This document shows positions 39,632 through 49,308 of a DNA stretch of 54,720 bases, one piece after another. Position 1 is the stretch's first letter; each line of letters starts with the position of its first letter. The DNA comes from Cryptobacterium sp. CAG:338 (GTDB taxonomy: Bacteria > Actinomycetota > Coriobacteriia > Coriobacteriales > Eggerthellaceae): contig FR896039.1 in NCBI GenBank assembly GCA_000435475.1, forward strand, positions 3,637 to 58,356, in the 5' to 3' direction. Under the pieces are notes generated by a model. The model was not told the origin of the DNA. It made no database searches and saw only the letters and a list, made by a program, of their open reading frames with translations. A program made the translations under genes and the position numbers.

Positions 39632-39745
39632 GTAAGGTAAAAAAGAAAAGTCAATTACTGAATCAAGTAGTAAACGATACTTTATTTAACGCATGAGTAG
39701 TTACTCACAAGAAATAATCGGAAAGTTGGTTTTATAAAAAAGAGA

Positions 39746-39761
39746 TGTTTCACGTGAAACA
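39746..39761. promoter_or_regulatory. parS site 3
   Basis: Perfect TGTTTCACGTGAAACA. Confidence 0.95.
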
Positions 39762-39876
39762 TCTCTTTCGATATAGCTAGGAAGTTTAATAATAAATTTC
39801 ACTTGAAAATACTATCATCTCTTCACTCTTAGTTAAATAGAAAAGACCAAGGAATTAGCTTGAAACTATCTTTTTA

Positions 39877-40557
39877 CTAGAAAGGTTTTTTCTGAGCCAT
39901 GCCAACTCTTCTAGGTAAAGAAATACTTGGTTTAGAAATTTTTTCAAATACCACAATACTGCGATGAGTTGCTCCATCACTGAGAGTGAAATTTTGTACC
40001 TCTTTAAATTTCATACCGAATTTATTACAAACAGTTTTTGCATGCATTAATTCAACATCTATATCTTGAGATTTATAGCAAATCAAATGTCCATTCATTA
40101 TAAGAAGCGGCGATGCAAGTTCAAGTAAAGACGAAAGCGAAGATAAAGCACGTGCTGTAATAACACTAAAGTATTCAGGTTGATCTTTTGCAAGATCTTC
40201 AATTCTTCCCTGGAAGGTAGAAACTATTTCTTCAAGAGAAAGTTTAGTGATCATTCGATTTAAGGCAGCAACCTTTTTACCAACCGAATCCGCAAGGAGT
40301 GTCTTTCTTTCAGTTGTAATAGCAATAGGAATACCAGGAAATCCTGCCCCTGTTCCCATATCTAAATAATCACCCTGTGGTGCCTTCTCAATAAAGGGAA
40401 CTCCAACTAAGGAGTCTTCAACATGCAATATTTTCGCAGTTTCCCAATCAGTGATTCTTGTTAAATTTGTTGTTTTATTTTCTTCTATTACGTAGCGTAA
40501 ATGCAAATCGAGCAGCTCACGCTGCTCGATTGAAAGAGTTGAATTAATCTTATCCAT
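39877..40557 (-). CDS. rsmG: 16S rRNA m7G527 methyltransferase
   Basis: NLTRIT, HVEDSL, DMGTGAGFPGIP, ITARAL; position next to parA. Confidence 0.95.
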   Translation of the reverse strand: MDKINSTLSIEQRELLDLHLRYVIEENKTTNLTRITDWETAKILHVEDSLVGVPFIEKAPQGDYLDMGTGAGFPGIPIAITTERKTLLADSVGKKVAALNRMITKLSLEEIVSTFQGRIEDLAKDQPEYFSVITARALSSLSSLLELASPLLIMNGHLICYKSQDIDVELMHAKTVCNKFGMKFKEVQNFTLSDGATHRSIVVFEKISKPSISLPRRVGMAQKKPF

Positions 40558-40572
40558 TCTGAAGCCTTAGCA

Positions 40573-40588
40573 TGTTTCACGTGAAACA
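40573..40588. promoter_or_regulatory. parS site 4 (jag-rsmG gap)
   Basis: Perfect TGTTTCACGTGAAACA. Confidence 0.95.
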
Positions 40589-41143
40589 TTATCGAGGGAT
40601 AACAACAACACGACGGGCTCGTCCTTCACCCTCAGAAACAGTCTCAACACGGCTATCATCTCGAAGAGCAATGTGAACAAGTCGACGTTCGTATGGAGTC
40701 ATAGGACGAAGTTTTATGCTGCGATCCTGATTAAAAGCCCTATCGGCAGCTTTACGAGCAATATCTTCAAGCTTCTGACGTTGACGCCCTTTATACCCCT
40801 CAACATCAATAACGATAGGATAACGATAACCAACAGTACGTGAAGTAATAGAAGAAATTAAGAATTGCAACGCGTCAAGGGTCTTACCATGACGACCAAT
40901 TAAGACTGCAAGATCATCTCCAGTGATATCAAGAATTAATTCCCCTTCATCACCTTCATATTCATCAATAGTAACTTCCCCAACATTGAAGTACTTCAAT
41001 ATATCCTGAATTGCCGCAATCGCAGTATCAGCAATATGATCTACTTCTTCATCGGTATAGATATGAACTTCAGATTCTTCTGAATCAAGATCATCATCGT
41101 AATCTTCTTCAATAATATTGTCTTCAAACGTTTCTTCAGTCAT
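40589..41143 (-). CDS. jag: Jag/EloR RNA-binding protein (KH plus R3H)
   Basis: LIGRHGKTLDALQ, PMTPYERRLVH, SEGEG. Confidence 0.93.
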   Translation of the reverse strand: MTEETFEDNIIEEDYDDDLDSEESEVHIYTDEEVDHIADTAIAAIQDILKYFNVGEVTIDEYEGDEGELILDITGDDLAVLIGRHGKTLDALQFLISSITSRTVGYRYPIVIDVEGYKGRQRQKLEDIARKAADRAFNQDRSIKLRPMTPYERRLVHIALRDDSRVETVSEGEGRARRVVVIPR

Positions 41144-41215
41144 AAAAACCCCTTACATTCAAATCTCCCCTTCACAAAGGAAGGGGAGGAGACGGTAAAA
41201 ATATTTAGAAATGTT

Positions 41216-41989
41216 TTATTTGCTTTTCTTAGTAGGACGCTTCTTTTTTGTTTTGCGAACAACATCAACCTCAACAGGTTTTGGGGTAGTGTCTTCAGCT
41301 ACTACAAGTTCATCCTGACGCTTAAATACTCGCGTTGAAATGACCTGCTGAAGAACGCCGAAAACTGAAGAAGTAGCCCAGAATAGTAATACACCAGTAG
41401 GAGATGTCCAACCAAGCCAAAGCATAAAGAGGGACATAATACCCATCATGATTAGCATTTGGTTCTTCTGCGGATTATTTGTTCCTCGTTGCTGAAGCAC
41501 CGAAGGAAGGAAGGTGCAGAAGGCGAACAGTAAAAGAAGAATGCCATAGGGGATAAATTGCATGAACCCTTGACTAAATACTACACTTGGCGAGTCAATA
41601 AGAGTAGGAAGAATGCTATAGAAGGAATAAATCATACCCTCTGTTCTTCCGCCCATTTCCTGTAAAACTTGGAAAAGTGCAACAAAGATAGGCATCTGAA
41701 TCAATAAAGGAAGGCAGCCTGTAATGGGGTTAAATCCAATCTCTGCATATACCTTCTGAAGTTCCTCAGCCTGTCGCTGCTGGTCGTTTGCATACTTTTC
41801 TTGTATCTCCCGCATGCGTGGCTGAAATTGTTGCATCTTATATGATGACTTAATCTGCTTTTGCATGAAAGGGAACATGATCAAGCGAAGAATCAAAGTA
41901 ACGATGATAATCGCAAGACCCCAGTCACTTACAAAGTTATAGAAGAACTGAATACAAAAGAAGATGGCGTCTTTAAATGCCTCCCACAT
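41216..41989 (-). CDS. yidC: Membrane protein insertase YidC
   Basis: WGLAIIIVTLILR, GCLPLLIQMPIF, LFWATSS. Confidence 0.95.
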   Translation of the reverse strand: MWEAFKDAIFFCIQFFYNFVSDWGLAIIIVTLILRLIMFPFMQKQIKSSYKMQQFQPRMREIQEKYANDQQRQAEELQKVYAEIGFNPITGCLPLLIQMPIFVALFQVLQEMGGRTEGMIYSFYSILPTLIDSPSVVFSQGFMQFIPYGILLLLFAFCTFLPSVLQQRGTNNPQKNQMLIMMGIMSLFMLWLGWTSPTGVLLFWATSSVFGVLQQVISTRVFKRQDELVVAEDTTPKPVEVDVVRKTKKKRPTKKSK

Positions 41990-42014
41990 TTATACTGAAA
42001 TCCTCTCACTCGAT

Positions 42015-42299
42015 TTATTTATAATTTTTCATCCGAAAGTGAAATTCTTCCGGAACTGGATCATATCCTCTGCCGCCACCAGGCCTGCACCTAAGAATCC
42101 TTCTGATCGTAAGGTACAAACCCTTAAGAAAGCCAAATCTTTTTACTGCTGTTAACCCATATTGCGAACAAGTAGGGATAAACCGACAGGTTGCAGGTAA
42201 TAAAGGAGAAATTCCTAATCGATAAAACTTAATCAATAGAATTAGAAGCTGCTGGGGGATAGCCTTTACAAAAACGATTAATTTCTTCATAGCTATCAT
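42015..42299 (-). CDS. yidD: Membrane protein insertion efficiency factor
   Basis: [18 protein letters not shown]...RILRC...GYDPVP. Confidence 0.95.
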   Translation of the reverse strand: MIAMKKLIVFVKAIPQQLLILLIKFYRLGISPLLPATCRFIPTCSQYGLTAVKRFGFLKGLYLTIRRILRCRPGGGRGYDPVPEEFHFRMKNYK

Positions 42300-42631
42300 G
42301 CCTTAACTTCGTATGAATCTATAACCTTTCTACATGCTGAAAGCAGTTTAGTATATTCAGCCTTTGTCGTCTTGCGGTTCGCAATAAAAAGAATAGTTAA
42401 ATTCTGCCAAGGACCACCAAGATCATGACATACTGCTCTCATCCTTCGTTTAGCGGTATTCCGCCAAACAGCATTTCCGTTTTTCTTACCTGCAATAAAA
42501 GCAACACGGCCACTAGGGCCGTGTTGGGTATCCCCTTGATAGACGATCATTGTCATATAAGGAGTTGCATGTCGTTTTCCGTGCGAGAACAAGTAGGAGA
42601 TCTCAGTGCTAGATTTAATAGTTCCTAACAC
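42296..42631 (-). CDS. rnpA: Ribonuclease P protein component
   Basis: [24 protein letters not shown]; position after rpmH. Confidence 0.92.
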   Translation of the reverse strand: MLGTIKSSTEISYLFSHGKRHATPYMTMIVYQGDTQHGPSGRVAFIAGKKNGNAVWRNTAKRRMRAVCHDLGGPWQNLTILFIANRKTTKAEYTKLLSACRKVIDSYEVKA

Positions 42632-42649
42632 GGTATCTCACAAGAAAAA

Positions 42650-42784
42650 CTAAACGGCAAGACGCTTACGGCCCTTAGCACGACGAGCAGAAAGAACAGC
42701 ACGACCACTCTTAGTAGCCATGCGTGCACGGAAGCCATGGGTCTTGGCGCGCTTATGGGTGTTTGGTTGATAGGTGCGCTTCAT
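42650..42784 (-). CDS. rpmH: 50S ribosomal protein L34
   Basis: [22 protein letters not shown]...[17 protein letters not shown]. Confidence 0.98.
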   Translation of the reverse strand: MKRTYQPNTHKRAKTHGFRARMATKSGRAVLSARRAKGRKRLAV

Positions 42785-43189
42785 GTACGTTTTCCTTTCA
42801 GATTTACAGTAACTTTGAAATTGTACGATATGGAAATATACAGTCAAGAATAGAATTCCGAAAAGCGGTAATTATATCCATGTCACCACATAACATCCAC
42901 GTAATACACTACAAACGACGCTCTGGGTTTTTTCATGAAACTATAAAGCTATTATCTCGTCAGCTCAAATTGCCTTGTCGGCTCAAATCACCTCATTTTC
43001 TTTAGCTGCCTCGCTGTCATAAAAAAAATCAACAGGTCTTAATACTTGAACCCTTAAATAAGTCCAGGAATCCTAAATTTTTATCTGAAACCACATTCAT
43101 CCTCATTCTAGGAAAGAATAAATAAATTTGCCTTAGTTACACCTATTAATAAGCATAGGTTACCTACGTTTTTCCCTATCTTGGTTTAG

Positions 43190-43233
43190 TTATCCACATT
43201 TTTAAGGTATATCAATGTGGATAATGTGGATAA
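43190..43233. promoter_or_regulatory. Cluster of three perfect DnaA boxes
   Basis: TTATCCACA 43190-43198; TGTGGATAA 43216-43224 and 43225-43233. Confidence 0.9.
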
Positions 43234-43424
43234 CTTACCTGGTGTTTTTGTAAAACTAAATAACAAATCAACATTCCAATTTCGTTCAGGAAATTCACTT
43301 AAGAAGGAATCTATAAAAAACTATTACTCAAATCATTTAAAAAGTGGAAATATGCGTTTTAACTGGTGTTTTACTTTAAAGCATAGAGTGGATAGAAATG
43401 CAATACTTGAATTTACAAAACAAG

Positions 43425-43440
43425 GGTTTCACGTGAATCA
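43425..43440. promoter_or_regulatory. parS variant
   Basis: GGTTTCACGTGAATCA, 14/16 match. Confidence 0.65.
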
Positions 43441-43740
43441 CTATTGCTGAAGTGATATTTCTCCGTCCGATTTAACATCAGTTAACAAAAGAAAGGGAAA
43501 GGTTTTCCATATTCCTATTCCAGTTTTTCAATCTTTTTCACTTTCATTTTCAACGTTTTCCACATTTTCTTGAAAGAATATTGAAAACTCCGAAAACATA
43601 TAGGAAAAACTGAGTGAATAATTGAAAAAAACTGACTCGCTGACTAAAATATGAACGAAAAGATGCTCGGTTTGTTCATTTCGAGATATGAATAACTGAG
43701 CTATTTTCATCTTTCCTGGAAAACGAACCGAAAAAGTAGC

Positions 43741-44961
43741 ATGGCACCAGAAAACACTCCACATACTCATTCAGACCTTCAGGCAGAAGATCCAGAGATC
43801 TTAATTAATAATGCTCAAGTGGAGGAATCTTCACCTCAACTGCCACCTTATGCCTATACCGTTAATGGGGGAGTGCCGCCATTCCAAAATCAAAGTCCAT
43901 ACTATTCCCCACAAGCTTATATGAGCCCTTCAGTTCAACAAGCTTATTATCCCCCGCAAGGCATACCGCAGAACCCTGGATATCCTGCATATTACATAGG
44001 GAATCCAGGTGTTGAAATGAATGCCATGCCTACAGGAACTAACGGAATAAATACACCTAATACAACTGAGGTAAATCACCTCAACAATCAAACCCCAGGA
44101 AACAACACACCCCCTGCAGGTAAAGTGGATCAATCAGCTATTGCAACATCAGCAGCACAGTTTACTCAGACACCTCATACGGCCCCTATATCTCATGCCG
44201 CCTATTTACCTAATATCGCCCTAGACAATCAAACTCAAAACGAAGCGTTTGATTACTCTTATATTGCAACTCCAGCCCGTATAGCAATCTATGACGACTT
44301 AAAATCCGCTCCACGCGTAATCGAGATACAAGGTACTGCCACCCACGAATATATCGAGCGCATTGCGTCACTTACCTACAAGAACGCAAAAGAAGAAGGA
44401 GGGATTATTCCCTATACAGTCATCCGTGAAGTATCAGAAAATTTCATCCACGCACAATTTCAAGAAATTGTCGTATCGATCATGGATAAAGGAAATACTA
44501 TACGCTTCGCTGATCAGGGCCCAGGTATCGCTCATAAAGACTTAGTACAAGAACCAGGTTTCTCATCGGCTACTGAACCCATGAAAAGGTATATTCGTGG
44601 AGTTGGATCCGGCTTACCAATTGTTAAGGACTATCTCGAAACAACCCATGGATATATAGAAATCGAAGACAACATTAATAAAGGATCAGTTGTAACTATA
44701 AGTTTAGTAGCATCTCGAAGTATTCACGACGAGCAACCGCAGCTTGATATACCTGAATTAACCGAAAACGAACAACGTATACTCCAGGCTCTTCTTCCTG
44801 ATAAAGCCCTAGGAATTACCGAAATAAATAAAGTTACCGGTATTGCAGTAGCAAGTATCCATACCGCTTTATCTAAAATGGAAGAACAAAAGCTTGTAGA
44901 AAAGAACAATAAGAAAAGAAAACTGACTGTTTTTGGAGAACGAGTAGCACTTTCTCTCTAA
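43741..44961 (+). CDS. GHKL (HATPase_c) ATPase with C-terminal winged HTH; start uncertain
   Basis: N-box IREVSENFIHA, DQGPGI, GFSS, GVGSGLPIV, GSVVTI; wHTH LTENEQRILQAL...GITEINKVTGIAVASIHTALSKMEEQKLV. Confidence 0.85.
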   Translation: MAPENTPHTHSDLQAEDPEILINNAQVEESSPQLPPYAYTVNGGVPPFQNQSPYYSPQAYMSPSVQQAYYPPQGIPQNPGYPAYYIGNPGVEMNAMPTGTNGINTPNTTEVNHLNNQTPGNNTPPAGKVDQSAIATSAAQFTQTPHTAPISHAAYLPNIALDNQTQNEAFDYSYIATPARIAIYDDLKSAPRVIEIQGTATHEYIERIASLTYKNAKEEGGIIPYTVIREVSENFIHAQFQEIVVSIMDKGNTIRFADQGPGIAHKDLVQEPGFSSATEPMKRYIRGVGSGLPIVKDYLETTHGYIEIEDNINKGSVVTISLVASRSIHDEQPQLDIPELTENEQRILQALLPDKALGITEINKVTGIAVASIHTALSKMEEQKLVEKNNKKRKLTVFGERVALSL

Positions 44962-45042
44962 AGACCAAAGAACTCTATATAATTATTTCTTAAAGCACAG
45001 CAATGCTAATCGTAATGAGAGAACCCAAGGTATAACTAAACA

Positions 45043-46659
45043 ATGGATTTAACAGAACTCTGGACAAACCTTATACGTCAAATTAAGTCGTATCCCAATG
45101 TGAATGCATCACAAATAGATGCATTCTTCTCTCGTGTGCAACTTCAAGCAGCAAGCCAGGGTTTTGTAATGTTTACCTCGGATAATAGTTTTATTAAAGA
45201 CTGGATAGAAAAGCACTACATTAAAGATATCCAACAAGCCTTGCATGATATGTATGGAATGGATTTTATTGTTCAAATTGAAGTAGATCCAACCTCTACC
45301 CCAATTGCGCCACTTCCCGAAAGTGCCCCAACAGTAAGCCAGGAAGCTCCAGTCCACCATCAACCAACACCAGCACAACCAACGCCAACCCCTACACCAA
45401 GTGTCCAAAGGGAGGCACCCTTTATTAATCAAGGCGGATATAGTACTCCAGAAAAAGAGGTACTAAATTCCCTTCACGTACCAACGCGAGAGGACTCATC
45501 TTTTTACAGGGACAATAACCTCACCACCTACTCTTCCCCTAAAAACGAAGAATTGGATATCCGGCATAACTCATCAGATAAAACTGAACAAAGGGGAGTA
45601 GAAGGCCTCAATAGTCTCACCTTTGAGACTTTTGTTATGGGTGATTCTAATCGGATGGCTTATTCAATGGCTGTTGAAGTTGCCGAAAAACCAGGCTCTT
45701 CAGCACTTAATCCTTTATTTATTTACGGACGAAGTGGTGTGGGTAAAACCCATTTACTTTGCGCAATCAAAAACTACATCAATGAGCAATACGAAGACTT
45801 TAAAGTGATTTATATCGACTCAATGGAGTTAGTAAATCGCTATTCAGATGCTGCAATAGAGAAAAATGTTGATAAGCAAAGTTTTAAGAATTTTGAAAAT
45901 TTCTTCCAGCAAGCTGACGTATTACTTATCGATGATATCCAGGGATTACAAGGAAAGCCAGGAACTCTTGATACCTTATTTCGTATTTTCAACAAGATGA
46001 TCCCTAAAGGAAAACAGTTTGTTTTCTCTGCTGACCGTGCCCCAAAAAATATTGACTTAGATGAACGATATGTTTCCCGTTTTAACTCTGGCGCTACGAT
46101 CGATATCCAACCACCAGACGACGAAACCAAACGAAACATTATTAAAAGTTTCATTGCGGAATACAAAAATGAAGAAGAACTGCCATTCACTATTTCAGAT
46201 AGCATTCTCGACTATATCGTAGACAATTCAAGCTCAAACATCCGAGAATTAAAGAGCGCTATTACCAATGTTATCTTTGCGCTTAAAATGGACAAAGAGC
46301 ATGAACTATCAGAAAGTCGTGTCAAGGAACTTCTAGGAAATCATTTTATTGGTGGCGGAAAAAAGCGTATTACCATCGAGATGATTCAAGGTGCCGTAGA
46401 AGACTTCTATGGTGTTGCGCATAAGGATTTAATAGGAAAAAAGAAAGAACGCCGAATAGTACACCCAAGACAGGTTGCAATATTCCTTTGTCGAGAGCTT
46501 TCTGAAACTACCCTAAAAAACATTGGTAATGCATTTAACCGTGACCACACAACAGTTATGCATTCATGCGATTTAATTTCCAACCAACTCCAAGAAGACC
46601 GTAATCTTCGCGAAGAACTCGAGGCTATTCGGGAAAAGATTCGTATCCAACAGTACTAA
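45043..46659 (+). CDS. dnaA: Chromosomal replication initiator DnaA
   Basis: TFETFVMGDSN, NPLFIYGRSGVGKTHLL, LLIDDIQ, SNIREL, RDHTTV. Confidence 0.97.
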   Translation: MDLTELWTNLIRQIKSYPNVNASQIDAFFSRVQLQAASQGFVMFTSDNSFIKDWIEKHYIKDIQQALHDMYGMDFIVQIEVDPTSTPIAPLPESAPTVSQEAPVHHQPTPAQPTPTPTPSVQREAPFINQGGYSTPEKEVLNSLHVPTREDSSFYRDNNLTTYSSPKNEELDIRHNSSDKTEQRGVEGLNSLTFETFVMGDSNRMAYSMAVEVAEKPGSSALNPLFIYGRSGVGKTHLLCAIKNYINEQYEDFKVIYIDSMELVNRYSDAAIEKNVDKQSFKNFENFFQQADVLLIDDIQGLQGKPGTLDTLFRIFNKMIPKGKQFVFSADRAPKNIDLDERYVSRFNSGATIDIQPPDDETKRNIIKSFIAEYKNEEELPFTISDSILDYIVDNSSSNIRELKSAITNVIFALKMDKEHELSESRVKELLGNHFIGGGKKRITIEMIQGAVEDFYGVAHKDLIGKKKERRIVHPRQVAIFLCRELSETTLKNIGNAFNRDHTTVMHSCDLISNQLQEDRNLREELEAIREKIRIQQY

Positions 46660-46719
46660 ATGCAGGAATTTATACCAAGTAAGAACTACTAGTAATCCTT
46701 GTTTTAACCCTTATAAAGA

Positions 46720-46920
46720 CGTGCATAAATACCGTAAAGTACTGGGGATAACTAGCAATTAATGTTAATAAGGTTTTCCCCACCTTTTCCACGGGGAAAA
46801 CAAGAGGGATAATCCACATGATTTATACCCCATCTTTTATTAATACTGACCAGGTAAAAAAGAAGTTATCAACAAATCAACGCTGCTTATTACTTCTATG
46901 ATTAGTATTTAATTAAGAAG
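46720..46920. other. oriC: DnaA boxes and DNA unwinding element
   Basis: TGGGGATAA 46743, TAATCCACA 46810, TTATCAACA 46866 plus AAATCAACG, CTGCT spacer, trios TAT TAC TTC TAT GAT TAG TAT (46888-46908), then AT-rich tract. Confidence 0.85.
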
Positions 46921-47045
46921 AGTAAGAAGAAAAAATAAAGGGGAAATCCAAAAGAGTAAATCCTGAATTGATGGAAGGTTAAAACATCAAGAACGGGTAT
47001 CATAAATTAACGCAACAGTTCTAAAGAGGTATCAGAGGAGCTTTA

Positions 47046-48143
47046 ATGAAATTCAGTATCAATCAATCAGAACTTCAAAATGCCCTATCAGTATGCGTAA
47101 AAGGTTCTTCTACTCGCTCAACGCTTTCAATCCTTGCTGGAGTTTATCTCAAAGCAGAAGAAGGAAGCTTGACACTGCAAACAACCAACTTAGAACTATC
47201 TATTAAAGTAACCTGTCCCGCCTTGGTGGAAGAGCAAGGTGAATCAGTTGTACCTGCAAAGCTCTTTTTGGATATCGTGAAAAACTTGCCAGATATGGCT
47301 GTAAGAATCGAATCAGACGATGCAACAGCTTCAGTCTTCTGTGATACAATCACTTTTTCACTTAAAGCGCTTAATCCTCTTGATTTTCCTGCATTTCCAG
47401 AGGTAGAAGCTGAACAGGAAGCACAATTTCCTTTCTCGGCATTTTCAACCATGGTAAAGAGGACCGCAAAAGTAGTTTCTCATGATGAAACTCGTGCGGT
47501 GCTAACAGGCGTGTTGGTTTCCTGTGTAGGAAATGAACTCAAAATGGTTGCAACTGACTCGTATCGTTTAGCGGTGAGTGAAACTCAACTTAGTCAACCT
47601 TGTCCAGAAGAATTTGAAGCAGTAATTGCAGGTTCATTTTTGAACGATATTGCCTCATTACCTCAGTCAGATCAGCCTATTACTTTAGCTTTAAGCGAGA
47701 ATCAGATAATTGTCTCCTATCAAGACACGACTTTTATTAATCGTCGAATTGAAGGTGCTTTCCCTAATTACAAACAATTAATCGCAGATGGATTCTCTAC
47801 CCGAGTTACTTTATCTACTCATGCGCTTACCGATGCGGTTCGTCGAGTCTCTCTTTTAAGTAACAAAGTTTCTCCTGTGCAGATAAAAGTTGATGCCGAA
47901 TCCGGTGTTATGACTTTAGTTACAAATTCTCAAGATATTGGTAATGCACAGGAGAATTTGATTTGTGAAATTGAGGGAGAATCAGTAGATATAGCCTTTA
48001 ATTACTCTTTCTTGTTGGATGGCTTGAATTCTATAACTACTGATGCAGTTCATTTGGATCTTTTTGGCTCTATGAAACCAGGAATTCTTCGCGCTACAGA
48101 AGGAGAAAATTTCCTTTACTTGATTATGCCTGTGCGTGTATAG
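47046..48143 (+). CDS. dnaN: DNA polymerase III beta clamp
   Basis: MKFSINQSEL, VATDSYRL, GAFPNYKQLI, LIMPVR. Confidence 0.97.
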   Translation: MKFSINQSELQNALSVCVKGSSTRSTLSILAGVYLKAEEGSLTLQTTNLELSIKVTCPALVEEQGESVVPAKLFLDIVKNLPDMAVRIESDDATASVFCDTITFSLKALNPLDFPAFPEVEAEQEAQFPFSAFSTMVKRTAKVVSHDETRAVLTGVLVSCVGNELKMVATDSYRLAVSETQLSQPCPEEFEAVIAGSFLNDIASLPQSDQPITLALSENQIIVSYQDTTFINRRIEGAFPNYKQLIADGFSTRVTLSTHALTDAVRRVSLLSNKVSPVQIKVDAESGVMTLVTNSQDIGNAQENLICEIEGESVDIAFNYSFLLDGLNSITTDAVHLDLFGSMKPGILRATEGENFLYLIMPVRV

Positions 48144-48171
48144 AGCAAGACTAAGTGTTGGATGATCTTTT

Positions 48172-49308
48172 ATGGGGCTTATCTTAAGCGCGATAGATTG
48201 CAATAATTTTCGTTCGTATCATCAGTTAAAGCTTGATGAAATTGGAATGCTTACGTTAATTATTGGTCCTAATGCTACAGGTAAAACAAATCTCTTAGAA
48301 GGAATTCAGTACACTACAGCAGCTGCTTCATTCCGTCATCCAACTCTTTTACATCTGATTCATAGTGGAGAGAAAAATAGCTGGTTTAAAAGTGTGTTTG
48401 AGGGAGACGGCCGTCATTTAGAGGTCGAGCTTCGCTGTAGCTTAGACCATAAAGATTTTTATCTTAATGGGAAAAAGAAGCAGGCTCATAAAATTCGTGG
48501 TATTTTGCCCTCAGTTTTGTTTTGTCCTGATGATTTAAATCTTATTAAGGGCTCGCAAAGTGTTAAACGTACACAGCTTGATCTACTTGGATCGCAGATT
48601 TCATCTGGTTATAACGCGGTTCGGAAAGACTACGAAAAGATATTACGTCAAAAGAATAGCTGCCTTAAGCAGGAGATGCCGCACGAATACCTTTCAAGTA
48701 TTAACGAGGTACTAGCATCAATTGGCGCACAGCTTTACCATTTACGTTCCCAGTTGGTAACATCGTTAATTCCTTATATCCAAGACTACTATTATGAATT
48801 ATCACTTGGTCGTGAGGAGGTTTCGATAAGGTATATACCTTCCTGGGAACGAGCGGAAGCTAATCCGGAAGAGTACCAAGAAAACGCCTGGGTAGATCGT
48901 CATACTGCTCAAGAATTACTTTTACAGAAAATGGAAAACGATTATCCGAAAGAGCATGAGCGCCATATGTCGCTCTATGGTCCGCAAATAGATAGGATAG
49001 AGTTTTATTTAGATAAGAGAAACGCCTCATCTTTCGCTTCCCAAGGACAGCAACGTTCACTGGTTTTGAGTTATAAAATGGCTGAAGTAGCTTTAATTAA
49101 GGAGAAATTAGGACAAAATCCTCTTCTCCTTCTTGATGATGTTATGAGTGAACTCGATAATGATCGCAGATCGGCACTTTTTTCACTTTTATCGGAGGGA
49201 ATTCAGACTTTTATTACAGCTACAAATTCCGAAATGTTTGACGAGAGTTTAAAAAAACAGGCGCGGATTGTGGAACTTGGATTTGATGGAGTGGTTTCTT
49301 ATGGTTGA
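48172..49308 (+). CDS. recF: DNA replication and repair protein RecF
   Basis: NFRSY, GPNATGKTN, ASQGQQRS, LLLDDVMSELD. Confidence 0.96.
   Translation: MGLILSAIDCNNFRSYHQLKLDEIGMLTLIIGPNATGKTNLLEGIQYTTAAASFRHPTLLHLIHSGEKNSWFKSVFEGDGRHLEVELRCSLDHKDFYLNGKKKQAHKIRGILPSVLFCPDDLNLIKGSQSVKRTQLDLLGSQISSGYNAVRKDYEKILRQKNSCLKQEMPHEYLSSINEVLASIGAQLYHLRSQLVTSLIPYIQDYYYELSLGREEVSIRYIPSWERAEANPEEYQENAWVDRHTAQELLLQKMENDYPKEHERHMSLYGPQIDRIEFYLDKRNASSFASQGQQRSLVLSYKMAEVALIKEKLGQNPLLLLDDVMSELDNDRRSALFSLLSEGIQTFITATNSEMFDESLKKQARIVELGFDGVVSYG

Noticed and set aside
39536..39768. Repeated 16-mers with spacers as a CRISPR array
   Set aside because: The repeats are canonical parS, spacing is irregular (70 and 130 bp), and no cas genes are present
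43217..43770. Short ORFs in the rpmH-upstream intergenic region
   Set aside because: They are translations of DnaA boxes, parS and A-tracts with no SD or protein-like composition
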